Positions 38,373 through 48,953 of a stretch of DNA of 64,000 nucleotides are shown piece by piece (position 1 is the first letter of the stretch; each line of letters begins with the position of its first letter). Origin of the DNA: a virus. The notes under the pieces were generated by a model. That model did no database searches, was not told the DNA's origin, and worked only from the letters and a program-made list of their open reading frames with translations. Both the position numbers and the translations under genes were made by a program. The stretch lies in the IMG/VR virus record IMGVR_UViG_3300035181_002522, positions 32,001 to 96,000 of that record; one strand, written 5' to 3'.

Positions 38373-39584
38373 TTATTGGAAAGTTAAATTAGCAATATTA
38401 ACTCGTCCAAAATAGTCAGCTGAGTTACCTAACGATGTTGCAGTGTTGGTAAATGTAGCTTTCCCGTAACGAGTCATTAAGCTAACTTGTGGGTTGTAAG
38501 TAGTTGGATCGATGATTACGTTAGAGCTCATCAAAGGAACATATGGGCAATAGAAGTAACCGCTATCCATTTCACCATTACCACCTTTATAACCTAACAA
38601 GACTGGCTCTGAACCTTGGTCGTGGTAGATATAGGTGTAAATTTTGATAGAACCATTCAAAGTACCAATCAATTTGGTGTTGTTTGGACCTTCAAAAGAA
38701 CCACTAACTGCAGGTGCGAATACTGATTTTGAAGCAGATTGCAATACAGAAGCGATTTGAGGAGAAACAACTGCCCAATTAGCAGCGCCACGACGTGTTT
38801 TACGAGCGATTTCGTTTGCAACTTTGTTGATCAATACGCCAAGAACCGCGAAACGATCGCCAACATAGTTAGGAATACCAGTGAATGAGCCAGAAGCCAT
38901 GTCAAAGGTTTCAACTGTGCCAGCCAAACTAATCAAATCGTTAATGATTTCATTGTCAATCTCAGAAACGATCTCTGCAGAAAGAGCTGCAGTGATTTCA
39001 GCTTCCAAGTCTAAACCGTGCTGTGCAGATAAATCTTGCATAGCTTCAACAGTCCATTTAGCTTGTAACTTACGTGAACCAGCAGTAACGGTTTGTTTCA
39101 ATACTTCTAATTGCAATTGACGTCCGCCGTATGCCTCGAAATCAGAGGTAAGAGCAGCAAAACCGGTTGCAACGTTAGAACTATCTACACCACCAGAATA
39201 CCAACGTTTGGTTTTTGAGTTGTTTGAGAACACCTCGGTTGAACCACCAATGATATCTTCCGCACCAGCACCAGCAGGACTTACGTCTACGTTTTCAGAG
39301 AATAAGAAACGTAAAGAGTATGCCAAGCCAACTGGACCTTGCATTGGTTGAATACCAACAAGTTCAGTAGCAATTGTACCTGGAATGATACGACGAATCA
39401 TTGGGATAATGATTTTTTGGAAGTTACCAATTGCACCAGCTGCTGATACACCAGCTGCCGCGGTTTCCATCAAGTACTGTTTTTGGTTTTCCATCAAAGA
39501 AGCCATATAAGCTTTTTTGTTGGCAGGCAGTTCAGTCAAAAGTATTTCTTTTGTTTCTGCCCAGTTTTCAAATAAGTTTTCCAT
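38373..39584 (-). CDS. gp23: Major capsid protein (T4 gp23 family)
   Basis: IPMIRR..P..IA.ELVG.QPM.GP.GL, VTA.SRKL.A.WT.EA.QDL.AQHG.D.E, YCPYVPL, MTRYG. Confidence 0.95.
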   Translation of the reverse strand: MENLFENWAETKEILLTELPANKKAYMASLMENQKQYLMETAAAGVSAAGAIGNFQKIIIPMIRRIIPGTIATELVGIQPMQGPVGLAYSLRFLFSENVDVSPAGAGAEDIIGGSTEVFSNNSKTKRWYSGGVDSSNVATGFAALTSDFEAYGGRQLQLEVLKQTVTAGSRKLQAKWTVEAMQDLSAQHGLDLEAEITAALSAEIVSEIDNEIINDLISLAGTVETFDMASGSFTGIPNYVGDRFAVLGVLINKVANEIARKTRRGAANWAVVSPQIASVLQSASKSVFAPAVSGSFEGPNNTKLIGTLNGSIKIYTYIYHDQGSEPVLLGYKGGNGEMDSGYFYCPYVPLMSSNVIIDPTTYNPQVSLMTRYGKATFTNTATSLGNSADYFGRVNIANLTFQ

Positions 39585-39620
39585 ATTTGTCTCCTAGTTC
39601 AAAAAGATATTTGTAGTTAT

Positions 39621-40526
39621 TTATGAGCTAATGCCCGCAATTCGCTTGATTTGTGAAAATTCCACAGTTTTTTTATCAGAACCTTGCTCTTCAACCTTTT
39701 CTTTAATTACATCGCCAGTCGCTAAAGTTGTTTTTGGCTCTTCAACTTTAACTTCTTTAATTACTGGTTTTGGAGTTGAAGTGGCAGCATCTGTTTCTTC
39801 TCTTAAGATACGACCTATAAAATAGTTATAAGCCTCATCTAATTTTTCTGTTTCTACGTTTTGCAAAACGATAGCCATTTGTTCACGTTTTGAACCAGCC
39901 AATGGTTTTAACACTTGTTCTAATTTTTGCTCACGTACTAATAATGATTTGGCTTCTTCACTTTCAGATAAACGAGCTTCAGCATCAGCTAATTTGCTTT
40001 CTGTAGCTGCCAATTTAGTCATGATAGAATCTTCATCAATATACGATTTGCTAAATTCTGAAACAAATGCTTCAAAAACTTTGCGTCCAAATTGATTTTC
40101 TTTAACGATTTCGAGATCTTCTTTCATCTCTTCCATCTCTTCAGCTAAACGGATCTCCAAAAAGCTATCCAATTTATCAACAAGAGCGTCAATCTCTTTT
40201 TCAACTTCTTCAGCTAAACGCTGTTTCTCTTCAACTAATTTACCAGCGAATTCGGCTTCCAAATCACGGAAACGTTCAATATCGCCTTTAAGATCAGCAA
40301 GTTCGGCTTCTAGTTGTTCAGAGATGAATTTCTCTGTTTTTTCAACCAAAGCTTCACGTGCAGCAACGAATTGCTCAGCTAACTCAGCGCGTACTTCCAA
40401 AGTAACTTCCTCTCTGATTTCTTGACGAGTAGCTGCAACAGCTTCAGTCCAAGCTTCAGTGATTTCATTTTTGGTTTCTTCAGCAAGTAGCTCAGAAGAC
40501 AATAACTTTTCAAGTATTTCTTCCAT
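39621..40526 (-). CDS. gp22: Prohead core/scaffold protein
   Basis: Very Glu-rich coiled coil between the protease and capsid genes. Confidence 0.85.
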   Translation of the reverse strand: MEEILEKLLSSELLAEETKNEITEAWTEAVAATRQEIREEVTLEVRAELAEQFVAAREALVEKTEKFISEQLEAELADLKGDIERFRDLEAEFAGKLVEEKQRLAEEVEKEIDALVDKLDSFLEIRLAEEMEEMKEDLEIVKENQFGRKVFEAFVSEFSKSYIDEDSIMTKLAATESKLADAEARLSESEEAKSLLVREQKLEQVLKPLAGSKREQMAIVLQNVETEKLDEAYNYFIGRILREETDAATSTPKPVIKEVKVEEPKTTLATGDVIKEKVEEQGSDKKTVEFSQIKRIAGISS

Positions 40527-40579
40527 ACTGTTTACCCCCCATAATATACAATCAATGTTTATTTATTCATTTTGAGTTT

Positions 40580-41220
40580 GTCTTACATAAATATTTCTAA
40601 CTGATGAATAAGCAATATTAATGCCTAAATCTATCAACCATTTATGTAAAGATCTCCAAGTCATACCAGTGTTTCTTTTTTCAACTAATTTAGTTCTTAA
40701 TTCAGGAGCAAGTTTATTATGACTTTTAGCTTGCTTTCTTACAGCTTCAGAATTTTGTTTATTTCTTCCAGTGAATGTTAAACTTCACTTTTTCGCAGCT
40801 TCTACTAATAAGCCAGGTCTATAAGTTCTTTTACAATTTTTATTTCTTGGATAAAATAAAAAGAGTTATCCTTAAAAGTTTTATTATAAAAGCCATTATT
40901 ATGACCTGATGTATCACTTCCAAAAAACCCATTTTTTTGATGCTAATGCTTGATTTATAAAATCTGGATTTTTAACAACGTTAAATTCTTTATGCAAATT
41001 GAGTTCTTTATCTAAAGCTTCTTGCCATGTTTCAAAAACATATAAAATATCAGTTTTGAATAATTGAGAATTATTTTTATCTCATCATTCCAAATAGATT
41101 TATATTTTTAGAACAAACAGAACCTTTATATCCACTTTCAACTTTAGCCACTGAAGAAGATCCAATATAATATTTTGGTAATTTACTACCAAAATATTCA
41201 GTTCTATACACACAAAACAT
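40580..41220 (-). pseudogene. Degenerate GIY-YIG (Seg-like) homing endonuclease
   Basis: MFCVYRTEYFGSKLPKYYIGSSS...GYKGS, then frameshifted KYKSIWNDE and EALDKEL.LHKEFNVVKNPDFIN. The 3' limit is approximate. Confidence 0.75.
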
Positions 41221-41238
41221 AATTTTTTGTTCTGTTTC

Positions 41239-41246
41239 TATTTATA
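41239..41246 (-). promoter_or_regulatory. T4 late promoter TATAAATA
   Basis: Exact consensus upstream of the endonuclease remnant, gp22 and gp23. Confidence 0.6.
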
Positions 41247-41270
41247 CAGGTTGACTAAAAATGCAAGATT

Positions 41271-41459
41271 TTAGTCATCTGTATCACTGTTTTCATCATC
41301 AAACTCATCATCCTGCTCGACTGGAGCTGCCTTTTTGGTACCAACCAGTTCTTGCATTTTTGATGTAATTACTGGGTGCAAGTCAACTTGTGCTGCATCA
41401 GAATTATCTTTGATAAGATTCTGAATTACTGATCGAATAGCATCTTTTGTATCTGTCAT
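41271..41459 (-). CDS. Small acidic prohead core protein (gp67-like)
   Basis: 62 aa with an acidic tail, in the head operon; AAGGAG RBS. Confidence 0.6.
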   Translation of the reverse strand: MTDTKDAIRSVIQNLIKDNSDAAQVDLHPVITSKMQELVGTKKAAPVEQDDEFDDENSDTDD

Positions 41460-41501
41460 ATAAGTATCTCCTTATAAGGTTTTAAAAACTGTATTTAATT
41501 A

Positions 41502-42143
41502 CTATTTTTTAGTGCAAATAGCTTGCAAAAATTTAGCAATTTCTTTCTTAAAATATTTCTGTGCTTTATCGTCACTAACAACCGCTTCAGCCAAAGTAAC
41601 TATCTTTTGATTTTCTTGAGCTTCACGAACTAAGTTTGGATAGCAACCAGGACCTGATGGAGTAGAAACTACATCAACTGTGGTAAAGTTAAAGCCTTTT
41701 ACTCGACCATCTGGTCCTACTGAACCTGTACCACGTGATGATACGCCAAGTTTAACTCCACCTTCCATAATGCCTTTTACGATATTACCGGCTGGGGTGT
41801 TCAAAATTCTCATCTTACCAACAACACGAGTGTTGTCCATTTTCATCTCAGTAATAGCATGCGAAACATTTGCAAGGTTAATTTGCAATGAATTTGGATG
41901 CTCAAGCTCTCCCATAATTGGGCCACTTGAATTAATTTTTTGCATTGCTGCTTCAACAACTTGTTGCATTTCATTTAAAGCGTAAACACGACCATTACCA
42001 TTCTTCTCCTCAGAAACCATCATAGTTCCACTTAGATAATATGATTTATCGATGCCTTCGCCTAAAATGCTTTCAACAATTCCAGCTTCATCATAACTAA
42101 GGTCTTCGACCAATAGAATTGAATTTGTCATGTTTGTCTCCAT
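41502..42143 (-). CDS. gp21: Prohead protease
   Basis: N.NGRVY, GELEHP, NVSH.I, ILNTP.G, LGVSSRG.GS, D.V..PS. Confidence 0.93.
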   Translation of the reverse strand: METNMTNSILLVEDLSYDEAGIVESILGEGIDKSYYLSGTMMVSEEKNGNGRVYALNEMQQVVEAAMQKINSSGPIMGELEHPNSLQINLANVSHAITEMKMDNTRVVGKMRILNTPAGNIVKGIMEGGVKLGVSSRGTGSVGPDGRVKGFNFTTVDVVSTPSGPGCYPNLVREAQENQKIVTLAEAVVSDDKAQKYFKKEIAKFLQAICTKK

Positions 42144-42183
42144 TATTTTAGTAGTTTTTCTATTTATGTCTAACTACTCTAAA

Positions 42184-43848
42184 TTATAAGCTCAGGTCAC
42201 CTGCTCCACCACCTGCTCCACCGCCGATGTCTAAATCACCACCAGCTCCAGGTTGTTCAGGTGGTAATCCTGAATCGCCACCTAAATCATCTTCTGGAGT
42301 AGCACCACTGCTCATATCACCTTTTTCAAGCTGCTTTGGCTTCATACTAACTGGCTTTCTTGCTTCCATTTGAATAGGGTCATAAATCTGTCTAATGTCC
42401 GTTAAAGTTGGAGTTGATTCAATACCAAGCTCTTCTTTCAGCATTTTCTCATTCATTTGCAAATCATCCTCAGAAAAGCCAAGATATTTTTTCAATTTTA
42501 AACGAGTTGAAATAACTTTGCTATCTTCGATTGACTTGAAGGTATTAATCAAATCAGTATCTAAAGCGTTTTGACGTTGAAGAGCAAATGACTGTGGCTC
42601 TGGTAAACGTAGAACAAACAGCCAATGTTCAACGTTGATGTTGATTGCTTTTAAATACTTTTTAAACTCTGCATCCATAATACATTCAACTTTGTTTTGC
42701 AACCTTCTGATATAGTTAGCAAAACGCAGCTCTTCTTGTAAAGCCATGCCAACTTTACCATTATTCATTACTGCTGGCTGCTGTTGATCGGACATCACAA
42801 AATAAGAAGATGGAATACGTAAACCATCTACGATTTTAGTTTTAAAGTATTTCAATTCTTCAAGTTCACCAAGGTTCTCACCACCAGGTAATACCTCAAT
42901 CCTAGATGAACGACCTGATGAAGTTACTGGTATGAAATAATCTTCTGAGATACTTGCAGGATTGTATGTTCCATCGATGGTATCTTTATCGTTTGAGGTG
43001 TTTGGGATACGCTTTTGGCGTAAATCATTCTTCACGCTTTCAAGATATATCTTCACACGTTGTTGAGCCATATTACCAACGTCAACATAAAATATTCGAC
43101 GTTCAGGGGCGCGAACGATACGATAGATGATGACAGAATCTTCAAGCATTGAAAGTTGTTTAAATACCCTAAAGATTGGCTGTAAGATTGATTCTCCAAA
43201 TGGAGCTGCTTCGCCCATATCGTCAGATAATGTAAAGTGAATGATAGATTCAGCAGGAACAATCTCAACATCAGTTTGTTTTGAACCAAAGCCTAAAGCA
43301 CCACCTCCATCACCTTTTAAGTGATAAGCGACTCGATTTCCATCAGGGTCAAGTTCGATACCAATAACTTTAGAAGCATCTAGGTATTCCCATTTTTTAG
43401 TATCTTTTTCTTTCTTAAAGAAACAGTCGCCATATTTACACATGATGCGTGAAATTCGAAAGATTCTGTTATTTAAATCTTGAATTCTACTCCACTGTCT
43501 TAAGGCCGCTCTTAAAGTTGTCACAATGGTTTCAGATATTTCTTCATCATCTTCCGTTTGATATTCAATCTCAAATGGTAAATTCGTTGTGTCATCGTCA
43601 TTTGAAATTTCTTCAGCGATAATGTCAAGTGCGCGCGAAATTAAAATGTCATTATCCATACTGTCGTATTGGATATAACGTTGCATCCTTGAGCCAGCAC
43701 CTTTTAATACCTGTGAGTACCAATTAATGGTACTCATTGCAGCCCCACCAGCTGAATTAAAATTTTCGCTATCAGTAGCTAATTTGTTATGATTAGTCTT
43801 TCTGGCTGATGGGGTAATAATTCTATAATAGCTTTGTAAAATTGCCAT
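42184..43848 (-). CDS. gp20: Portal vertex protein
   Basis: QL.MLEDSVIIYRIVRAPERRIFYVDVGN, EDYFIP, LPGGENLG, EELRF. Confidence 0.95.
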   Translation of the reverse strand: MAILQSYYRIITPSARKTNHNKLATDSENFNSAGGAAMSTINWYSQVLKGAGSRMQRYIQYDSMDNDILISRALDIIAEEISNDDDTTNLPFEIEYQTEDDEEISETIVTTLRAALRQWSRIQDLNNRIFRISRIMCKYGDCFFKKEKDTKKWEYLDASKVIGIELDPDGNRVAYHLKGDGGGALGFGSKQTDVEIVPAESIIHFTLSDDMGEAAPFGESILQPIFRVFKQLSMLEDSVIIYRIVRAPERRIFYVDVGNMAQQRVKIYLESVKNDLRQKRIPNTSNDKDTIDGTYNPASISEDYFIPVTSSGRSSRIEVLPGGENLGELEELKYFKTKIVDGLRIPSSYFVMSDQQQPAVMNNGKVGMALQEELRFANYIRRLQNKVECIMDAEFKKYLKAININVEHWLFVLRLPEPQSFALQRQNALDTDLINTFKSIEDSKVISTRLKLKKYLGFSEDDLQMNEKMLKEELGIESTPTLTDIRQIYDPIQMEARKPVSMKPKQLEKGDMSSGATPEDDLGGDSGLPPEQPGAGGDLDIGGGAGGGAGDLSL

Positions 43849-43862
43849 ATGTTAGTGTTTCC

Positions 43863-46800
43863 TTACTGTTTCTGATGGCTAACCCATTTGCTACTTGACA
43901 TAAATGGGTCAGAGATGTATCGCTCTTTAATTCGCACTTCATCCATTTTTTGCATTGGAGAATTTGCTTTGACAAGTTTTTCCAACAGGTCAACTTGCTG
44001 TTTTTCAACCTCAAGAGTGCTACTGGCTGTAGTATTCAATGTAATCAATTGTTCAGCTAAAGCTTTAATTGTATCAGCATCAAGTTTTATGGTTTGAACT
44101 TCGTTATTAATTGATGAAGTTGCGCCGTTTGTAGATGTATTTAATAAATTAGAATTGATGCCTTTTCCAATTATCGTTGCTGAAGCTGTGGTCCCACCAT
44201 TTAAATTAGCTGCATTTAGCCCGCTCCATGCGGTCATACCTAAAGCTTTTGCTGTATCTATCGTTGCATCAGTAGCTTGATTTGTAGCTTCAACTACGGC
44301 CTGCTGTGTTTGTTTAGACTGATCGGCTACTGCAGTTGCAGTTTGTTTTTGTTTTTGTTGAATCTGCTGTTGTTTTATATGTGCATCAATAGCTGCTTCT
44401 CTAGTCGCTATAATTTGAGTTACTTCTGCATCAATTTTTTTCTTTTCTTGTTCTCTTAACTGACGCTCATCTTGTACAGTTTTATTAACCTTCCTAATAT
44501 CATCTACTGAATTATCGAAATCTGATTCAACCTGTGTCGCAAATTGACCTGCTGAAGTTTTAAAATTAGAAATAGATGTTAATAATCCTTCTGGTAATTT
44601 TTCTTTTAAGAAATCTGGGAGCATGTCAATAGCTCCTAATATTGCATCTGAAATTTTTGAAAAAACACTAACAAAACTGTTAGTCAATAATGATTTAATT
44701 CCAGAAACCCCAGAAACCCAACCTGCAATAATACTTTTACCGATATTGAAAATTTCAGATCCTGTTCCTTTTACATCGACCCAAGTTTTTTGTAAAAACC
44801 CGTAAAATTTAGAAATTGGATTTATAATTGCAGCTTCAATTTGTAACCATACTCCAGCAAAATCAATATTTGCTACTGTTTTTGTCCAATCATCTATAGT
44901 GTCATCTAAAAACCCAAAGGTTATAAATTTCAATAGACTTCCAATGCCAACTACTAATTTTTGAGCTACTGATGCAGTGCCTTCTTCTATACCTAATACA
45001 TCACTTGCATTAAACATATCAGTAAAAATTGAAATTGCTCCCATCATAATTGTCGCGATTTCGCCAACAACTGGAACTAATTTAGCAACTTTGCCTAATG
45101 CTGCGGATATTGGATTATTAATAAATGACTTTAGGAAACTGAAAATTTTAGAAAATATTCCTCCAATTTTACCTAATGCTCCAGCACCTTTTTCAGCAGC
45201 TGGTATAATTGATGATGTGGTAGAAATTGCTTCTTCAATTTTAGAAGCTGCTGAAATACCAGCTCTTCCAGTTTTTTTTCTGTCACTTACCCATCTAGTT
45301 TTTTTAGATGCAATAGATGAATTTTTTCCTGCCATAGTTTTTACGGCCGCATTAATAGAATTTTGCACTTTTGCATCAACTGCTAATTTCTCATTTATGT
45401 GCTGCATCTGAGCCAACTCATTATCAGCAGTTGACGCTATTTTATTGTTAATGTCATAACGTTTCTTAAACAGTGGTGACAGAATCTTAGGTAACATTCT
45501 GTATAATCCAGTAATAACTAATGCTATACCAGCTAAACCACGCAACATTGGATCGGTTATGATCTGTTTTAATTGACCTTCTGAATGTAAGGCTTTTGCT
45601 AAAATATCTGGTAATTTAGATAATTCTGTTAACGCTTGAGCAGTTTTATCAGACATTTCACCTACTGATTGCGCTCCAAGTTTTTGCTCTCGACCAGCGT
45701 CTAGCATAGACGCTAATGGCCCTTGCATATTATCAGTTAACACATTAGCAATATTTTCAGCGCCAAAGCTTTGCATTGACATCCTATCGAAAACTTGACT
45801 TATGTTACCCATGCTTTTTTGCAAAATAAGTTGCTCGTCAGCAGTTGCTCGTTTCCCCTTACGATAGATATCTCCAAGCTGCTTGGCGTTAGATAAACCA
45901 GCAATAGCGGCAGCTTGTTGTAGTTTAGCTGCTTGATCAAATCGTTCAGTTACTTTTTGTTTACCAATATCCTGGATTGCTAATAAAGCTTTCTGTGCTG
46001 ATTGAGCAGACATACCCATATTAGTAAATGTCTGTCTGAGTTTCATCATATCTTCAATTTTACTTTGGCGCTCATCTTCACTAATTCCATTTAATTGCTC
46101 TTGAACTGACGCACTATTAAGTAGTTCATCATTCATAGCTTTAAATTCAGCCATATTAATACCAGTAGTAGCACGCAATTTACCAAAAGCCTGAGTTTGA
46201 GCTAAAATTGCTTTATTTAATTTACTAGCATCTCTAGCATTTATTCCACTTTTTATGGTATTTTTAGTAAAATCACTAATTGCTTCAGCAGCTTGTTCTG
46301 GAGCCAAACCGAATTTTTCAAGATTCATTTGGCCAGTTCGTAAAATTTTTACAAATTTATCTCCGCCAATAGTGCCAACTAAACGAGCATTTTCTGTAAA
46401 AATTTTTGTAGCTAATTCAAAACTAACTCCAAGTTGAAATTGTGATTTTTTAATTTGAGCAAATGAGTTAATCATTCCACTGTCGGCAATAATCTTAAAT
46501 TGATCCCATGAACCCTTAACAGCGGATAACAACAAAACAAAACCTTCTGTTATTCTTCCTAATGGCGAAAGTGATCCTTGTAATAATTTTCCAAATACTC
46601 CAAATTTATCATTTATCCATTCATTAACCTTTATCATTTTGCTAGTGGTAGCTGCTAACTTTTGGAAATTAGTTATTTGAGTTTTTGTTTCAGAAATTAG
46701 TCCTTTTATCTCAGAGTTTTCTTTTCCGATCATTTCGTATCTTCTGGCAACTTGCAGAATTTCTCTTTCTCCAAGCGTTAAACTTTCTTTATCAATTGCT

Positions 46801-47390
46801 TCTTTCTTTATCAGATTATCAATTTGCTCTTTTACTTTCCCATTTGTTTCACGCATCATTCTTTCAAAAACGCCAACATCACTTGCCAATTTAGAAATAG
46901 ATCTTTCCATTTCCCAAGCTGAGTTAATAACCTTATCTGATTGTCGAGTTATTAAATCAAATGCTTTCATATTTTTATAAATTGATGATACTAATTTATC
47001 CTGTGCGTCATTAGAATAATCTATGCCCTCAATTAAACTTGCGGTATAAGAAGCTTGCTGACGAATTGTACCTTTGGTTAAAACATCTAATTTTGAAAAA
47101 CTACTATTTGCTCTATTAATGCCTTGACTATATTCTTCAAATGCTTTATTAATTGCAGAACTTTCACTTTGAATATACTTCGATGCAGTATGAAATGATT
47201 TTGATGCACCTTTCATGGCATATGATAAATCATTTGCTTGAGAGATTTGCTCATTAACTGCCTTTTTAAAGGCAGATTTTATGTGCTTTACGTGTAAGCC
47301 AGTTGCTTCATCGAGTGATTTAATATTTTTGGCAAACGCTGAAAATAATTTTTCAAATTGTTTTAAATCGACGTTGTTAGTTGCAGCCAT
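43863..47390 (-). CDS. Putative tape measure protein
   Basis: 1175 aa, Ala/Lys/Gln-rich and helical, with amphipathic G/I/F segments; adjacent to the gp26-like gene. Confidence 0.7.
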   Translation of the reverse strand: MAATNNVDLKQFEKLFSAFAKNIKSLDEATGLHVKHIKSAFKKAVNEQISQANDLSYAMKGASKSFHTASKYIQSESSAINKAFEEYSQGINRANSSFSKLDVLTKGTIRQQASYTASLIEGIDYSNDAQDKLVSSIYKNMKAFDLITRQSDKVINSAWEMERSISKLASDVGVFERMMRETNGKVKEQIDNLIKKEAIDKESLTLGEREILQVARRYEMIGKENSEIKGLISETKTQITNFQKLAATTSKMIKVNEWINDKFGVFGKLLQGSLSPLGRITEGFVLLLSAVKGSWDQFKIIADSGMINSFAQIKKSQFQLGVSFELATKIFTENARLVGTIGGDKFVKILRTGQMNLEKFGLAPEQAAEAISDFTKNTIKSGINARDASKLNKAILAQTQAFGKLRATTGINMAEFKAMNDELLNSASVQEQLNGISEDERQSKIEDMMKLRQTFTNMGMSAQSAQKALLAIQDIGKQKVTERFDQAAKLQQAAAIAGLSNAKQLGDIYRKGKRATADEQLILQKSMGNISQVFDRMSMQSFGAENIANVLTDNMQGPLASMLDAGREQKLGAQSVGEMSDKTAQALTELSKLPDILAKALHSEGQLKQIITDPMLRGLAGIALVITGLYRMLPKILSPLFKKRYDINNKIASTADNELAQMQHINEKLAVDAKVQNSINAAVKTMAGKNSSIASKKTRWVSDRKKTGRAGISAASKIEEAISTTSSIIPAAEKGAGALGKIGGIFSKIFSFLKSFINNPISAALGKVAKLVPVVGEIATIMMGAISIFTDMFNASDVLGIEEGTASVAQKLVVGIGSLLKFITFGFLDDTIDDWTKTVANIDFAGVWLQIEAAIINPISKFYGFLQKTWVDVKGTGSEIFNIGKSIIAGWVSGVSGIKSLLTNSFVSVFSKISDAILGAIDMLPDFLKEKLPEGLLTSISNFKTSAGQFATQVESDFDNSVDDIRKVNKTVQDERQLREQEKKKIDAEVTQIIATREAAIDAHIKQQQIQQKQKQTATAVADQSKQTQQAVVEATNQATDATIDTAKALGMTAWSGLNAANLNGGTTASATIIGKGINSNLLNTSTNGATSSINNEVQTIKLDADTIKALAEQLITLNTTASSTLEVEKQQVDLLEKLVKANSPMQKMDEVRIKERYISDPFMSSSKWVSHQKQ

Positions 47391-47401
47391 TTTTATGCTC
47401 G

Positions 47402-47430
47402 ATAAATAGTTCTATAGACATTATATTTAT
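47402..47430. promoter_or_regulatory. Face-to-face late promoter motifs
   Basis: ATAAATA on + at 47402-47408 and on - at 47424-47430, between the divergent tape measure and gp26 genes. Confidence 0.5.
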
Positions 47431-47452
47431 CATACAAACAATAGGACAGATT

Positions 47453-48241
47453 ATGACTGATCAACAAATTAACCCGCTTCTTTCTAAACTTAAACTTCCA
47501 GGTCGTATTTTTCAATTACCATCTAGAGGACTTTTTTATTCAAATGGAGAATTAGATGCTTCAGCTACAGAGGCAGAAGTGCATGTTCACCCAATGTCAG
47601 CTATTGACGAAATAAACTTAAAAAATCCAGATATGCTTTTTTCTGGAAAAGCAATAACTTCAGTTGTCCAAAGCTGTATTCCAGACATCAAAAAACCAAC
47701 TGAATTATATGGAAAAGATATAGATGCATTAATGCTATATCTTAGATTAGTAACGTATGGAAGCGATTATGATATTACTGTTATGCATACTTGTGAAAAT
47801 GCTAAATCGCATTCATACATTATAAATTTAGAAGAAGTATTGCACAATTTGATGTATTTGGATCCAACTATATATGATGATCTTTATAACTTTACTCTTA
47901 GTAATGGTCAAAAAATTTCATTACAGCCAATAAAATATTCTCATATTTTAGATATTTTACGCGCAAATGAAGGTAAAAAGGAATTGACAGCTGAAGATTT
48001 AAAAAATAATTTAATAATGAATTTATTGAATGTGATAAAATCTGTAGATGATATTTCTGATAAAAAAATGATAAAAGAATGGATTTTGGCTGCTCCAGCG
48101 CCATTTGCAACGAAAATAGCTGAAGCTATTGAAAAAACCAATAATTGGGGAGTTAACACTGAAGTTCAAATTCAATGTAAAGATTGTGGCGAAGTGTTTA
48201 CGATCGAACTTCCTTTAAATCCTGTAAATTTTTTCTCATAA
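47453..48241 (+). CDS. gp26: Baseplate hub assembly protein (gp26-like)
   Basis: LPSRGLFY, PM...DE, D.DAL...LR..TYG, two Cys/His pairs (HTCE..., CKDC). AGGA RBS before ATG 47453. Confidence 0.75.
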   Translation: MTDQQINPLLSKLKLPGRIFQLPSRGLFYSNGELDASATEAEVHVHPMSAIDEINLKNPDMLFSGKAITSVVQSCIPDIKKPTELYGKDIDALMLYLRLVTYGSDYDITVMHTCENAKSHSYIINLEEVLHNLMYLDPTIYDDLYNFTLSNGQKISLQPIKYSHILDILRANEGKKELTAEDLKNNLIMNLLNVIKSVDDISDKKMIKEWILAAPAPFATKIAEAIEKTNNWGVNTEVQIQCKDCGEVFTIELPLNPVNFFS

Positions 48242-48465
48242 ACCTCACGAGAAATAATCCTGCTGAAATAAGCAAGCTAATTACACAACTTGGGTATGAA
48301 ATACGCAATTTAATTAAAAGTTGCGTTGAACTAAGTTGGTTTTCTCGTGGGGCATGGTCCTATGAAACAGTTTTAAACATGAGTGCAGGGGAAAGAGATA
48401 TTGCTATCGAATTCATTAATAAACGACTTGAACAACAAGCAAAATCAAATTTTCCCATTTATTAA
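48226..48465 (+). CDS. gp51: gp51-like baseplate hub assembly ORF, possibly reached by -1 frameshift
   Basis: WF.RG.WSYE.VLNM...ER...FIN.RLE motif; no credible start codon; slippery sequence at 48226-48235. Confidence 0.65.
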   Translation, partial: KFFLINLTRNNPAEISKLITQLGYEIRNLIKSCVELSWFSRGAWSYETVLNMSAGERDIAIEFINKRLEQQAKSNFPIY

Positions 48466-48852
48466 AATACTATCATACGTAATCCCATTTATGATACTAA
48501 AGAATTAACTCAAAATCAACAAAAATGGCTATGGCATTATGAAAAACTATGTGAAAGAAGTAACGTTAGAGGGATAAACAAAAAGAAAATTTCCTTTTAT
48601 GTGGAAAATCATCATCTTTGGCCAAGATGTTTCGGCGGCCTGATTATAGACCATTGGAACAGAGTATTATTGACTGCTGAAGAACATAGGGCGACTCATC
48701 ATCTATTAGTAAAAATATTCCCATCAAATAAAAAATTAGTATTTGTTGCAGCAAGGATGAGTAAAGATGGGTTAGGTAGAAAGATAAACTTAACAAAATT
48801 GGCCATAGGGATAATTTATAGACGCGAAACTAAGCAGGGAAAATGTGCTTAA
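48466..48852 (+). pseudogene. HNH homing endonuclease remnant
   Basis: YVENHHLWPRCFGG...N.VLLTAEEH..THHLLVKIFP. The frame is open from 48466 with no ATG, and the C-terminus is short. Confidence 0.6.
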
Positions 48853-48953
48853 TTAAGAAAAATGATAATTAATTATCATTTTTTATAAAAAAGGATGTCT
48901 TCTTTTATAAAACTGGATAAAATATCATAACATTTTATAAATAGGAGATTGTC

